A DNA stretch of 61,196 nucleotides, filler included, from 5 parts of 5 records of this genome joined end to end with filler, not necessarily neighbours in it, one strand, 5' to 3'; counted from the first letter of the whole stretch, positions 42,213 through 52,692 are shown. Program-made: numbers and translations. Notes: a model not told the origin generated them from the sequence alone.

Positions 42213-43181
42213 ATGTCAAGGAAAAACATCGTATACAAACCTGTAGATTCTCTACAGTCGCCTCGATTCAGTGGAGTTAGAACATTTATGCGATTGCCGC
42301 ATGGACAAGGGCTTGAAGATGCCGATGTTGCAGTATTCGGTGTTCCTTTTGATACTGGCGTATCACTTCGGCCAGGATCACGGTTCGGACCTGCAGCGAT
42401 ACGCGATGAATCCATTATATTAAAGCCCTATTGTCCTCTTACAGATGTGAACATAGTTGAAAACATATCTGTGCTTGATTTTGGGGATATTGATACCATA
42501 CCAGGATATATCGATGAAAGTTTTGAGAAAATTGAAGAAACAATGGTTGAGATCTGCAACTCAGGGGTGATTCCCATTTGTATGGGTGGGGACCATTCCA
42601 TTAGCCTGCCACTGTTAAGAGGTTTAACCAAGGAACTTGGTGAACCGGTAGCTCTTCTACATTTTGATGCACATAGCGACACAATCGCCCGTTATTTTGG
42701 TAAAAAATACAACCACGGCACTCCTTTTTACTGGGCCATAGAGGAGGGATTAATTAAGCCGGAGAATTCAATCCAGGTAGGTATCCGTGGCCCTCTCTAC
42801 AGTAAAGATGCTTTAGATTATCCGAAAGACAAAGGACTACAGATTATAACAGGTCCTGAGCTACATGATATGGGCGTTAATGAGGCCGTACAGACTATTC
42901 GTGAACGTATCAGCGGTCAACCAGTATATGTGACTTTTGACGTTGATTTCCTCGATGCTGCATATGCTCCAGGAACCGGAACACCTGAGATCGGAGGTTT
43001 CACCACCCATCAGGCACTACAACTCATGATAAGATCGTGTTTAGGCATGGACCTCAAAGGGATGGACTTAGTCGAAGTAATGCCTGCTCAAGACAACGCA
43101 GGTATTACAGCTCTCGCTGGAGCATCACTTATTCATGCCTTTCTAGCTTTGGTTGCAAAAAGAGTGGAACAGCAAGGTTAA
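42213..43181 (+). CDS. Ureohydrolase (agmatinase/guanidino-acid hydrolase family)
   Basis: GVPFD, RFGPAAIR, GGDHS, DAHSD, DVDFLD, PGTGTPE. Confidence 0.92.
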   Translation: MSRKNIVYKPVDSLQSPRFSGVRTFMRLPHGQGLEDADVAVFGVPFDTGVSLRPGSRFGPAAIRDESIILKPYCPLTDVNIVENISVLDFGDIDTIPGYIDESFEKIEETMVEICNSGVIPICMGGDHSISLPLLRGLTKELGEPVALLHFDAHSDTIARYFGKKYNHGTPFYWAIEEGLIKPENSIQVGIRGPLYSKDALDYPKDKGLQIITGPELHDMGVNEAVQTIRERISGQPVYVTFDVDFLDAAYAPGTGTPEIGGFTTHQALQLMIRSCLGMDLKGMDLVEVMPAQDNAGITALAGASLIHAFLALVAKRVEQQG

Positions 43182-43209
43182 ACATTTAACCCATTTTAAC
43201 ATAGCGAGC

Positions 43210-43354
43210 CTAGTGTTCCGTCAATTCTGAAGTGTCGTATTCGTATTATTCCCAGGCTAAAGAGAATCTCCGAGCCTTTTCTGCGAAACTGGATTCCCGC
43301 CTACGCGGGAATGATGGCCGATTAAACGTCATTTTTGAGTTGACACAACACTAG
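43210..43354. mobile_element. MITE-like element, 145 bp
   Basis: About 30-bp imperfect terminal inverted repeats bounded by CTAG; internal ATTCCC-N8-GGGAAT palindrome. Confidence 0.65.
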
Positions 43355-43762
43355 TCGCCTAGAATCTAAATTTCATTGTCACTCTTCCCATTTGCGCGGT
43401 TGATAGCTGATAACTTCTTTACAATTGAAATGGGAGGATGTGTTGAGCAGGAGAAAATTCCAGCTTAACGAACAAATGGTTTACGAACATCTTAGATTGT
43501 TACGTATACAAACTGTTGCTCTAAAGATAAGAGAAGGCGGGGAGTCGATGCCAACTGAAGGAGGAAAAATCGGCGATTAACAGGAAAAATGCCAACTTGC
43601 ACTGTCTGACTAAAGTTTAGTTTAGTATTAGCGTTGCAAATCTTCGGCCTTATCCTGCACGATATCGCCGTGCTGCCCTGCCCTCTAAACAACTCCTCGA
43701 AGTAGCAGAGGGCAACTCTCGCAGACGGCAGCCCTGGGTGAGATTACTTATGAGATTTATTT

Positions 43763-44629
43763 TTATTGATCGCGCAGTGCTTTTAGATCACTGATAATTG
43801 TATCCAACTCATGCTGAAGATGCTGGCGCTGCTGAGGAATAAAAGTAGTGGAAAGATCGGCGATAACCTGAGCAAAGTGGCGTCTATTTACAGAGACATC
43901 CAGGCGGTATGCATGACGATATAATCTTTGGGGGGTGAGCAGGAAATTGGTCATATCTTCCTTGAAATGTGCAGAGTGACGCCTGTTCAACAGCGCAATA
44001 AATTCTTTCTGCCAGTCATTTCTATAGGTCAACCAGCCGCTGGTAGTGTTTTTTCTTGTTTCACTCCATAAACGGATAATTGCCGCCTGTTCATCCGTGA
44101 CGCTCCCAAGCCAGTCATCAACTACGTCATACATTTTCTCTCGCCAAAATTCACGCCGCTGAATGTCATTTTGCTTTCCGTATTTATACTCTAATTCCTT
44201 GATATCGTCTCTCAGGGCGTCATTAATTTCGTTAAGCTGTTTTTCGCTTAGCTGTGCTGACAAACCCAACAGAGGTGGCATTGATTCTCTTAGCAATGAT
44301 GTCCAGAGCGCCTCGGCATTATCAAAGAATTGAAGAACCTGCTGCTGGCTCATGGGAGCTGTTTGTGATTCTTTCAAACCAACAACAAAATTTTCATATC
44401 TAGACAATTCACTTGTTCTATGCCAGTTGAGAAATTGGATTGTGGCATGATCAAAAAACTCTTCCTGCTTGTCAGTCAAGGTCAAGTAATCATCCAAATA
44501 GTATGGAATGATCCAGTCCAGATAATTGTACATAATTCGCATCGAGCAGGCCGACATGAAAAGAAGGACAAAAATAACTAAAAAGGTCAAAAATGGTTGC
44601 GAACTTCTGAAAAACTTCATAAGCGACAA
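43763..44629 (-). CDS. Lipoprotein, DUF6279-like
   Basis: Lipobox MSAC followed by YNYLDW...LDDY...WHR; helical. Confidence 0.7.
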   Translation of the reverse strand: MSLMKFFRSSQPFLTFLVIFVLLFMSACSMRIMYNYLDWIIPYYLDDYLTLTDKQEEFFDHATIQFLNWHRTSELSRYENFVVGLKESQTAPMSQQQVLQFFDNAEALWTSLLRESMPPLLGLSAQLSEKQLNEINDALRDDIKELEYKYGKQNDIQRREFWREKMYDVVDDWLGSVTDEQAAIIRLWSETRKNTTSGWLTYRNDWQKEFIALLNRRHSAHFKEDMTNFLLTPQRLYRHAYRLDVSVNRRHFAQVIADLSTTFIPQQRQHLQHELDTIISDLKALRDQ

Positions 44630-44864
44630 AGCCCCTAGTTAAGATAGAAACGGCCGTTAGTAACCCATCCTATAGGGAAATGAAATTAAACTGCACTTGA
44701 CCTCCATCGAACCGGAAATGAAATAGGGGTCAAGCCTTTGCTTGACTCTTCTGGTGTTGTTATGGACTGGTCACGAAAAGCGTTGAAGGTTTGGTGCAAG
44801 CTCGGTGGTCAAAACGGTAGTGTTTTTTACCCATTTCCATGTGCTTTTAACGTAAATCCTGCAA

Positions 44865-44964
44865 NNNNNNNNNNNNNNNNNNNNNNNNNNNNNNNNNNNN
44901 NNNNNNNNTTAATTAATTAANNNNNNNNNNNNNNNNNNNNNNNNNNNNNNNNNNNNNNNNNNNN
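44865..44964. other. Artificial contig linker
   Basis: N-run + TTAATTAATTAA + N-run. Confidence 0.98.
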
Positions 44965-45038
44965 TCATTGCCCGGCTCTGTCCGGGCAATCCAGACCTCG
45001 GGTTGACTGGATGCCCCGGGCTGACGCCGGGGCATGAC
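44965..45038. repeat. Alphaproteobacterial-type REP pair
   Basis: TCATTGCCCGG...CCGGGCAATCCA and TGGATGCCCCGG...CCGGGGCATGAC inverted hairpins at the contig start. Confidence 0.7.
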
Positions 45039-45053
45039 GGATTACACTGGGAC

Positions 45054-45458
45054 CTAGTGTGTCGCCTTCGACAGCAGCGGCTTGTAGTCCATGTCCACCT
45101 TGAGGATGTGCTTGACCAGCCATTCGTTGAGGTGATCGTTGACCGATTTGGCGAGGATGCCGATGCCGCTGCCGCTTGTCGCCATGTGGGATTGGGCCGA
45201 GCGCAGCCAGTTTTCGAACTCGCGATGCTCGGCGATATGGCTGTCGAGCCGGTCGTAACCGGCTTTTTGCATCAAACTTTCTTCCAACGAGAAATGTTCG
45301 TGAACATACCAGTCGAGACGGTCCATGATGTCCCGCAGATCGGCACCGCTATTCTCGATATGATGCAGTTGATTGATAAGCCGGATCAGAATTTTGTGCT
45401 GATCGTCCAGCGAAGGAACGCCGACGCTATAGGATTCGTTCCATTCGATCTCAGTCAT
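45054..45458 (-). CDS. Bacteriohemerythrin
   Basis: W...YSVG...LDDQH, HFSLEE, HIAEH, WLVKHILKVD. Confidence 0.92.
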   Translation of the reverse strand: MTEIEWNESYSVGVPSLDDQHKILIRLINQLHHIENSGADLRDIMDRLDWYVHEHFSLEESLMQKAGYDRLDSHIAEHREFENWLRSAQSHMATSGSGIGILAKSVNDHLNEWLVKHILKVDMDYKPLLSKATH

Positions 45459-45622
45459 GCCGTTTCCTCCGCTTGGTTTTTTCGTTTTGTCGCGGTGTTG
45501 AACCCTTGACGACCGGTTCAAATATTCTCCCCTCGAAATCGTTTCACTGCAAGTCTTGTGATATCATCGGCACCGGCGCCAACGAATATTTGCGGGGTTA
45601 GACGTAGCTTTTTTACGCAACA

Positions 45623-45671
45623 ATTCGTCAAACGAATATTCATCATTCCATCAATTCATTGAACAAATTTT
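45623..45671 (+). promoter_or_regulatory. LysR-dependent promoter of the lig/gal operon
   Basis: ATTC-N7-GAAT box followed by ATTCATTGAACAAATTTT, same layout as 52644-52692. Confidence 0.7.
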
Positions 45672-45778
45672 CTCCGACACCCTAGTTACTAAATCGCAAT
45701 TGACGTACGACGCGGCGCCCCAATGCCCCGATCAGGCCGGATGCGGTCGCCGCGAACTGGTTGTGAAGGAGTTTCCAG

Positions 45779-46711
45779 ATGAAGATTTGCCTTGCCGGCG
45801 AAGGGGCCATGGGGGTCAACCACATGAAGGCCCTGAAGACCGTGGAAGATGTCGAGGTCGTCTCGCTGGCCGGCGGCATCGCCGAGGATTCCGAAGCCTT
45901 CGCCAAGGAATGGGGGATTCCGCATTGGTCGCTGGACCTGGGCGAATGCCTCGAGCAGCCCGATGTCGAAGCCGTCATCCTGACGACGCCGAGCCACATG
46001 CACCCGGATCAGTCCGAATTGGCCTTATCCAAGGGCAAGCACGTTCTGGTCGAGATTCCGATGAGCCTGAACCTGCCGGACGCGGAACGAATTGCGGCGG
46101 CGGCCGAGGCGGCCGGCAAGGTGTGCATGGTCGCCCATACCCGGCGCTTCGCACCGCCACACCAGGAAATCAAACGCCGCATCCGGGCCGGCGAATTCCA
46201 CCTGCATCACATGGTGGTGGAGACCTATTTCTTCCGTCGCACCAACCTGAACATGTTCGGCAAGCCGCGCACCTGGGTCGACAACCTGCTGTGGCACCAC
46301 GCCTGCCATTCGGTCGACCTGGCCTATTGGGTGCTCGACGACCCTGACCTCGAGGTCTGGGGGCAAAAGGGGCCGGATCATCCGGAACTGGGCATCCCCA
46401 TGGACATGTCCATCGGCATGCGCTCGAAGACGGGTGCGATGATGACGATGGCCCTGTCGTTCAACAACAAGGGGCCGTTCGGCGGCTTCTACCGCTACAT
46501 CGGCGAAGAGGACACCTACAAGGTGTTCCGCGAAACCATGACCGACAGCGAAGGCGCCGAGGTCGACCTGCCGGGCGTCGCCTTCGAACTTCAGGACCAG
46601 GAATTCTTCGCCGCCATCCGCGACGGACGGCAGCCCGAATCGAGCGCCGCCAGTTGCGTGCCGGCGATGGCTCTGCTCGACCGGATCGAAAGATCCATGA
46701 ACCAGGGCTGA
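45779..46711 (+). CDS. ligC: 4-carboxy-2-hydroxymuconate-6-semialdehyde dehydrogenase (Gfo/Idh/MocA)
   Basis: GKHVLVEIP, HTRRF, TYFFRR, LLWHHACHSVD, LSFNNKGP; pathway context. Confidence 0.85.
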   Translation: MKICLAGEGAMGVNHMKALKTVEDVEVVSLAGGIAEDSEAFAKEWGIPHWSLDLGECLEQPDVEAVILTTPSHMHPDQSELALSKGKHVLVEIPMSLNLPDAERIAAAAEAAGKVCMVAHTRRFAPPHQEIKRRIRAGEFHLHHMVVETYFFRRTNLNMFGKPRTWVDNLLWHHACHSVDLAYWVLDDPDLEVWGQKGPDHPELGIPMDMSIGMRSKTGAMMTMALSFNNKGPFGGFYRYIGEEDTYKVFRETMTDSEGAEVDLPGVAFELQDQEFFAAIRDGRQPESSAASCVPAMALLDRIERSMNQG

Positions 46712-46769
46712 CCGGTGCGGCCCTTTGGCGCCGTAGCGTCCGCACCAACAGGCGACAAGGAACAGGCCG

Positions 46770-47867
46770 TTGAAACAGACCGCGATCCCCGCCGTTTTGA
46801 TGCGCGGCGGCACCTCCAAGGGGCCCTATTTCCTGGCTTCCGACCTGCCGTCCGATATCGGGCTCAGGGACCGCGTCCTGCTCGCAGCCATGGGTTCGCC
46901 GGACATCCGCCAGATCGACGGCATCGGCGGTGCCGATCCGCTGACCAGCAAGGTTGCCATCGTTTCGCGATCGGCCCGCGATGACGCCGACGTCGATTTC
47001 CTGTTCGCCCAGGTTTCCGTCGACAAAGCCCTGGTCGATACGACGCCCAACTGCGGCAACATGCTGGCCGGGGTCGGCCCCTTTGCCATCGAAAAGGGCC
47101 TGCTCGCCGCCGACGATCCGGTCACCCGAGTGCGCATCCACACGCTTAATACCGGCATGATCGCCGAGGCCGACGTGTGCACCCCCGGCGGCGTGGTCGA
47201 CTACGACGGCGACGCCCGCATCGACGGCGTGCCCGACCCGTCGGCGCCGGTGATGATCGCCTTTCTCGATACCCAGGGATCGGTCTGCGGCAGCTTGCTT
47301 CCGACCGGCAATGGGGTCGACGTTGTGGACGGCGTCGAGGTGACCTGCATCGACAACGGCATGCCGGTGATCGTGTTGGCCGCCGAAGCGGTCGGGCGCA
47401 CAGGCTACGAGAGCCGCGACGAACTCAACGCCGACGACGAGTTGAAGGCGCGGCTGGAACAAATCCGCCTGCCTGCCGGCCGGCTGATGGGGCTGGGCGA
47501 CGTCGCCGACAAGGTCATTCCGAAGGTGTCGTTGGTCGCCGCGCCGCGGGCCGGTGGCACCATCTCGGCGCGCACCTTCATCCCGCATGTCTGCCATTCC
47601 TCGGTCGGGGTTCTCGGCGCCGTCACGCTGGCCACCGCCTGCCTGCTACCGGAGACGCCGGCCCATCGGCTGGCCCGTTTACCGGAAGGCGACGTCGTGC
47701 GCATCTCGGTCGAGCACCCAAGCGGCGAATTCACCACCGAGTTGACCGTCGACCGCGGGGCCCGGCTGCCCGAGGTCCGCCGTGCCGCCCTCCTGCGGAC
47801 GGCACGAAAACTGTTTGCCGGCGACGTCTACGTGCCGTCGGCGGTGTGGGACGGCAATGACGGCTAG
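46770..47867 (+). CDS. galD: 4-oxalomesaconate tautomerase (PrpF family, GalD/LigU)
   Basis: MRGGTSKG, QIDGIGGADPLTSK, NCGNM, EHPSG, LLRTARKL. Confidence 0.88.
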   Translation: MKQTAIPAVLMRGGTSKGPYFLASDLPSDIGLRDRVLLAAMGSPDIRQIDGIGGADPLTSKVAIVSRSARDDADVDFLFAQVSVDKALVDTTPNCGNMLAGVGPFAIEKGLLAADDPVTRVRIHTLNTGMIAEADVCTPGGVVDYDGDARIDGVPDPSAPVMIAFLDTQGSVCGSLLPTGNGVDVVDGVEVTCIDNGMPVIVLAAEAVGRTGYESRDELNADDELKARLEQIRLPAGRLMGLGDVADKVIPKVSLVAAPRAGGTISARTFIPHVCHSSVGVLGAVTLATACLLPETPAHRLARLPEGDVVRISVEHPSGEFTTELTVDRGARLPEVRRAALLRTARKLFAGDVYVPSAVWDGNDG

Positions 47868-48020
47868 GGGTGGCCGGGCATTTGTCTGAAGAATGAACCG
47901 GATAAGAATTATCCATTACTCTTATACTTGGGCGCCGCCTAAGTAGTGTGTCGAAACGATCCGCAAGGCCGCTTTCGCCGCGGCAAACGGGGAGATACAG
48001 CGGAAGGAAGGTGACCAGCC

Positions 48021-48395
48021 ATGGCATGGTCGGAAAAGGACTACGAAAAGATACCCGGGACTTACGTATTCAATGGGCGGCGTTCGCTGGTCGGATACCA
48101 GCTGAACAAGATGTGCATGTCCCTGAACGACGCGAAGAACCGCGAAGAGGTCAAGCGCGACCCGGAAGCCTATTGCCGCAAATTCGGGCTGAGCGACGAG
48201 CAGACCAAGGCGGTAATCGAGCTGGACGCGCTGGAGCTGCTGCGGCTCGGCGGCAACATCTATTACCTGGCCAAACTGGCCGGTGCATTCGGGCTCAACG
48301 TCCAGGACGTCGGCGCCCAGATGTCCGGCATCACGGTCGAGGAATTCAGGGAGAGGCTGCAGGCCGCAGCCAGGGGAGAGTGGAAAGATGGCTAA
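48021..48395 (+). CDS. ligA: Protocatechuate 4,5-dioxygenase-type alpha subunit
   Basis: IPGTYVF...GYQLNKMCMSL, GGNIYYLAKL. Confidence 0.85.
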   Translation: MAWSEKDYEKIPGTYVFNGRRSLVGYQLNKMCMSLNDAKNREEVKRDPEAYCRKFGLSDEQTKAVIELDALELLRLGGNIYYLAKLAGAFGLNVQDVGAQMSGITVEEFRERLQAAARGEWKDG

Positions 48396-49230
48396 AATCA
48401 TTGGCGGAATAACGACGTCGCACATCCCGGCGATCGGTATCGCCATGACCAAGGGATTGCAGCAGGATCCTTACTGGAAACCTCTGTTCGACGGTTATAT
48501 CCCGGTGCGCGCCTGGCTGGAAAAAGAGAAACCGGACGTCGCGGTGATCGTTTACAACGACCACGGCCTCAACTTCTTTCTCGACGTCATGCCGACCTTC
48601 GCGATCGGCGCGGCGCCCGAGTACCCCAATGTCGACGAGGGCTGGGGCCTGAAAGAACTGCCGGCCGTGCCGGGCGATCCCGAACTGTCCTGGCATGTCG
48701 TCGAGACCATGGTGGCCGACGAATTCGATATCACCATCTGCCAGGAAATGACCGTCGATCACGGCCTGGTCATTCCGATGAACCTGATGTGGTCGCCGGA
48801 ACCGTCCTGGCCGGTCAAGGTGCTGCCGGTTGCCGTCAACACGGTCCAGCATCCGGTGCCGACAGCGGCGCGATGCTACGCGCTGGGCAAGTCGTTGGGC
48901 CGGGCGCTGGAATCCTATCCGGAAGACACCAAGGTCGTCATTTTCGGGACCGGCGGCATGTCCCATCAGTTGCAGGGCGAACGGGCCGGTTTCATCAACA
49001 GCGATTTCGACCGGGATTTCATGGACAAGATCGCCGACGCCCCCGACACCCTGGCCAAGCTGACGACGACGGACTTTGTCGAACAGGCCGGTTCGGAAGG
49101 CATCGAACTGATCATGTGGATGGTCATGCGCGGCGCGCTTCGAGACAAGGTGAAGACCCTGCACAGCCACTACCACGCGCCGATCTCGAATACCGGCGCC
49201 GGTATCATGGTGCTCGAAAACGCAGCGTAA
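48388..49230 (+). CDS. ligB: Class III extradiol dioxygenase beta subunit (protocatechuate/gallate)
   Basis: SHIP, YNDH, VDHG, GGMSHQLQGERAG, GSEGIE; start MAKIIGG overlaps the ligA stop. Confidence 0.88.
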   Translation: MAKIIGGITTSHIPAIGIAMTKGLQQDPYWKPLFDGYIPVRAWLEKEKPDVAVIVYNDHGLNFFLDVMPTFAIGAAPEYPNVDEGWGLKELPAVPGDPELSWHVVETMVADEFDITICQEMTVDHGLVIPMNLMWSPEPSWPVKVLPVAVNTVQHPVPTAARCYALGKSLGRALESYPEDTKVVIFGTGGMSHQLQGERAGFINSDFDRDFMDKIADAPDTLAKLTTTDFVEQAGSEGIELIMWMVMRGALRDKVKTLHSHYHAPISNTGAGIMVLENAA

Positions 49231-49358
49231 TTCGGACCCGGCGCGGCGCCTTCGGCAACGGGGCGCGGCGCCGTTCCTTTCATTTTCAACGATCGTCCGG
49301 TGCGGGTCCGCCCCACCGGCCGGGGATCGACGCCCTACGAACGGAAAAAGGGTCAAAC

Positions 49359-50231
49359 ATGATACCCACCTGCAAGGCTCCGGACCCGAACACCCGCAAG
49401 CCCGATTACGTGCCGCCGGCCGGCGCCTGCGACGCCCATTGCCATGTCTTCGGTCCGGGCGATCGCTATCCTTACGCACCCGACCGGTCCTACACGCCGC
49501 CGGATGCGCCGCTTTCGCGGTTCAAGGAATTGCAGGCCACCCTCGGTCTGGAACGCGCCGTCCTGGTCAATGCCAGCTGCCACGGTTCCGACAATACCGT
49601 CATCCTCGACGCCATCGCGCAAAGCGGCGGCAAGTATCGCGGCGTCGCCAATGTCGACGAAAGCTTCACCGAGGCGGACTTCGAAACCCTTCACGCCGGC
49701 GGCGTGCGCGGCGTGCGGTTCAATTTCGTGCGCCATTTGGGCGGCACCCCGGACATGGACGTTTTTGCGCGTATTGTCGGCCAGATCGGACAGTTCGGCT
49801 GGCACGTCGTGCTGCATTTCGACGCCGCCGACGTGGTCGAATTCAAGAACCTGCTGCTCGGTTTGCCGGTGCCTTTCATCATCGATCACATGGGCCGGGT
49901 GCCGGTCGTCGACGGGCTCGATCAGGAACCGTTCCGTCAACTGCTCGAATTGGCCAGGGATGAAAAATGCTGGATCAAGGTCTGCGGGTCCGAGCGCATC
50001 TCGGCCGCTGGCTCCCCTTTCACCGATGCCGTCCCGTTTGCCCGGACCATCGTCGAGGTGGCGCCGGACCGGGTTCTGTGGGGAACCGACTGGCCGCATC
50101 CGAACATCAAGAAACACATGCCGAACGACGGCGATCTGGTCGATCTGATTCCGCTGTTCGCACCCGAGGCGGACCTGCAGCAAAAGATCCTGGTCGACAA
50201 CCCCCACCGCCTATACGGCTTCGATGACTGA
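49359..50231 (+). CDS. ligI: 2-pyrone-4,6-dicarboxylate hydrolase (amidohydrolase)
   Basis: DAHCHVFGP, ASCHGSDN, GVRFNF, DHMGR, WGTDWPHPN. Confidence 0.88.
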   Translation: MIPTCKAPDPNTRKPDYVPPAGACDAHCHVFGPGDRYPYAPDRSYTPPDAPLSRFKELQATLGLERAVLVNASCHGSDNTVILDAIAQSGGKYRGVANVDESFTEADFETLHAGGVRGVRFNFVRHLGGTPDMDVFARIVGQIGQFGWHVVLHFDAADVVEFKNLLLGLPVPFIIDHMGRVPVVDGLDQEPFRQLLELARDEKCWIKVCGSERISAAGSPFTDAVPFARTIVEVAPDRVLWGTDWPHPNIKKHMPNDGDLVDLIPLFAPEADLQQKILVDNPHRLYGFDD

Positions 50232-50274
50232 CTACCGGGCCCGTTGGCCGCAGGATTGAGACAGGAAAAGCACA

Positions 50275-51000
50275 ATGAGCGAAGAAAAACAGAAATCGGT
50301 ATTGGTCGTCAGCGCCCACTCGGCGGACTTCGTGTGGCGGGCCGGCGGCGCCATCGCGCTGTACGCCAAGCGCGGCTACCGCGTGCGCATCGTTTGTCTG
50401 TCCTTCGGCGAACGCGGTGAATCGGCGAAGCTGTGGCGGCAGGACGGCATGACCCTGAACGTCGTCAAGGCGGCCCGCAAGGAAGAAGCCCAAAAGGCCG
50501 CCGATGTTCTCGGGGCCGAGGTCGTTTTCTACGACATCGGCGATTATCCGATGTATCCGAAGGACGAGGATCTGTTCCGGCTGGTCGATGAATTCCGGAC
50601 GCTCCGGCCCGAATTCGTCCTGACCCATTCCCTCAAGGATCCCTACAACTTCGATCATCCGCGCGCCACCCACATGGCGCAGGAGGCGCGGATCACCGCC
50701 CAAGCCCACGGCCACAATCCGGAAGAAGGCGCCATCGGGGCGCCGCCGGTTTTCCTGTTCGAGCCGCACCAGCCCGAACAATGCGAATGGAAACCCCGGG
50801 TCCTGCTCGACATCACCGAGGTCTGGGAAACCAAATACAAGGCCTTCGAAACCATGGCCGCCCAGGAACACCTGTGGGACTACTACACCCGGGTCGCCCT
50901 GCAGCGCGGCGTCCAGGCGAAGCGCAACTCGGGCCGCAACATCAAATACGCCGAAGCCTATCAGCGCATCTTTCCCTTTGTGACGGACCGGTTGATATGA
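50275..51000 (+). CDS. galB: 4-oxalomesaconate hydratase, PIG-L fold
   Basis: [39 protein letters not shown]. Confidence 0.88.
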   Translation: MSEEKQKSVLVVSAHSADFVWRAGGAIALYAKRGYRVRIVCLSFGERGESAKLWRQDGMTLNVVKAARKEEAQKAADVLGAEVVFYDIGDYPMYPKDEDLFRLVDEFRTLRPEFVLTHSLKDPYNFDHPRATHMAQEARITAQAHGHNPEEGAIGAPPVFLFEPHQPEQCEWKPRVLLDITEVWETKYKAFETMAAQEHLWDYYTRVALQRGVQAKRNSGRNIKYAEAYQRIFPFVTDRLI

Positions 51001-51686
51001 GCGAGCGGATCGGCGTCGTTAAGACAAATATCGAACGCGCCGCCTTGGACGCGGTCGACGAACTCGGCCGCCTCGGTGTCGCCACCGTGCACGAAGCGCA
51101 AGGGCGCACCGGCCTGATGCGGCCCCATATGCGGCCGGTCTATACCGGCGCCCGGGCCGCCGGAACGGCCGTCACCGTATTGGCGCAGCCCGGCGACAAC
51201 TGGATGATCCACGTCGCCGTCGAACAATGCCGGGAAGGGGATCTTCTGGTCGTCGGGCTGACCACGGATAATACCGACGGCATGTTCGGCGAACTGCTGG
51301 CTACCTCCCTGCAATCGCGCGGCGTTCGCGGCCTCGTCATCGACGCCGGCGTGCGCGACGTCGCGGACCTCGCCGACATGGATTTCCCGGTCTGGTCGCG
51401 GGCGATTTCGGCCCGGGGCACGGTCAAGGCAACGCTGGGTTCGGTCAACGTCCCGGTGGTTTGTGCGGGGATATCCGTCGAACCCGGCGATGCGGTTATC
51501 GGCGATGCCGACGGCGTCGTCGTCGTGCCCCGCGCCAATGTCGAAGCCGTCGTTCAGGCGTCCCGCGCCCGCACCGAAAAAGAGGCGGCGACGCGCAAAC
51601 GGCTGGCCGCCGGCGAACTCGGCCTCGACATCTACGACATGCGGGCAAAGTTGGCCGCCGCCGGCCTGCGCTACGTCGACGACTGA
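50997..51686 (+). CDS. ligK: HMG/CHA aldolase (GalC/LigK, RraA family)
   Basis: [40 protein letters not shown]. Confidence 0.9.
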   Translation: MSERIGVVKTNIERAALDAVDELGRLGVATVHEAQGRTGLMRPHMRPVYTGARAAGTAVTVLAQPGDNWMIHVAVEQCREGDLLVVGLTTDNTDGMFGELLATSLQSRGVRGLVIDAGVRDVADLADMDFPVWSRAISARGTVKATLGSVNVPVVCAGISVEPGDAVIGDADGVVVVPRANVEAVVQASRARTEKEAATRKRLAAGELGLDIYDMRAKLAAAGLRYVDD

Positions 51687-52618
51687 TACGATCGACCGCC
51701 GCCGTTCGGCGGTGAAAATTCCTCGCAGATTTTGGCCACCTGGGCGCGCAGCCAGCGCATCGTCGGGTCGCGGTCGGCCCGCAGGTGCCAGGCCATGCTG
51801 GCCTGGAATTTCGCGAACTCGAACGGAATCTCGACCTCTTCCAGGCGAAACGCCTGGCGCAGCGTTTCCGACACCCTTCGCGTGAAGACGCCGATCATGT
51901 CGCTGCTTTCCAAAAGATAGGGCGCCAGCAGGAAGTGCGTCACCGAAAACTCGATCCGGCGCTGTTTCTGCTGCTCGGCCAGAATGTCGTCGAAGATGCC
52001 CCGGCGCCGGCCCGACGAACTGACCAGCAGATGCGGGTACGACAGCATCGCCTCGATGGTGAAGGCGCCGTCCAGGACCGGATGGTCCTTGCGCACCAGG
52101 CAGACGAAGTCTTCTTCGAACAGGCGTTGGATGCGTATGCTTTTCCGGGTCTCGCCGAAATTGCCCAGCGCTATGTCGACCCGGTTGGAATTCAGCGCTT
52201 CCAGGGCCAGATCGCGATCTTCGGTCAGGACCTGAAGGTCGATGTTCGGCGCCGCCGTCGACAGATGCACCATCAATCTCGGCAGGACCGGCAAACTGAT
52301 ATAGTCCGGCGCCGAAAAGCGGTACAAGCCGTGCGCCGTCTGCGGATCCGGTTCGGCGTCGGTGATCAGGCAGTCCTCGATCGACGACAGGATCGCGTTG
52401 ACCGGATCCTTCAGGGCTTCGGCCCGGGGCGTCAGATGGAAACCGCCGGCGCCATGAACCAGAAGCGGATCGTCGAACATATAGCGCAGGCGTTTCAGTG
52501 CATTGCTGATCGCCGGCTGGCTGCGGCCGACCTTTTCGCCGGCCCGCGTCACGCTGCGTTCCTCGATCAGCGCATGCAGCACCTTCAACAGGTTCAGATC
52601 GACGTTCTGCAGCTTCAT
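51671..52618 (-). CDS. LysR-family regulator, NodD/NahR/DntR-like
   Basis: [21 protein letters not shown]...[13 protein letters not shown]...DDPL. Confidence 0.93.
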   Translation of the reverse strand: MKLQNVDLNLLKVLHALIEERSVTRAGEKVGRSQPAISNALKRLRYMFDDPLLVHGAGGFHLTPRAEALKDPVNAILSSIEDCLITDAEPDPQTAHGLYRFSAPDYISLPVLPRLMVHLSTAAPNIDLQVLTEDRDLALEALNSNRVDIALGNFGETRKSIRIQRLFEEDFVCLVRKDHPVLDGAFTIEAMLSYPHLLVSSSGRRRGIFDDILAEQQKQRRIEFSVTHFLLAPYLLESSDMIGVFTRRVSETLRQAFRLEEVEIPFEFAKFQASMAWHLRADRDPTMRWLRAQVAKICEEFSPPNGGGRSYQSST

Positions 52619-52643
52619 GACGGCGCGTCCATCCGAAAGCGAA

Positions 52644-52692
52644 ATTCAATCGTTAAATACTTATCATAAGACATATTCATTGAACAAATTTT
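52644..52692 (+). promoter_or_regulatory. LysR-dependent promoter between lysR and the IOR-family gene
   Basis: ATTC-N7-AAAT plus the 18-bp ATTCATTGAACAAATTTT identical to 45654-45671. Confidence 0.7.

Noticed and set aside
12958-51686. One organism combining dsrMKJOP with aerobic ring cleavage
   Set aside because: The loci are on different contigs with very different composition.
50961-52649. 562-aa minus-strand ORF and similar long ORFs (46461-47597, 48346-49479, 49353-50207)
   Set aside because: Shadow frames of well-supported genes in high-GC DNA; Arg/Gly/Pro-rich with no motifs.
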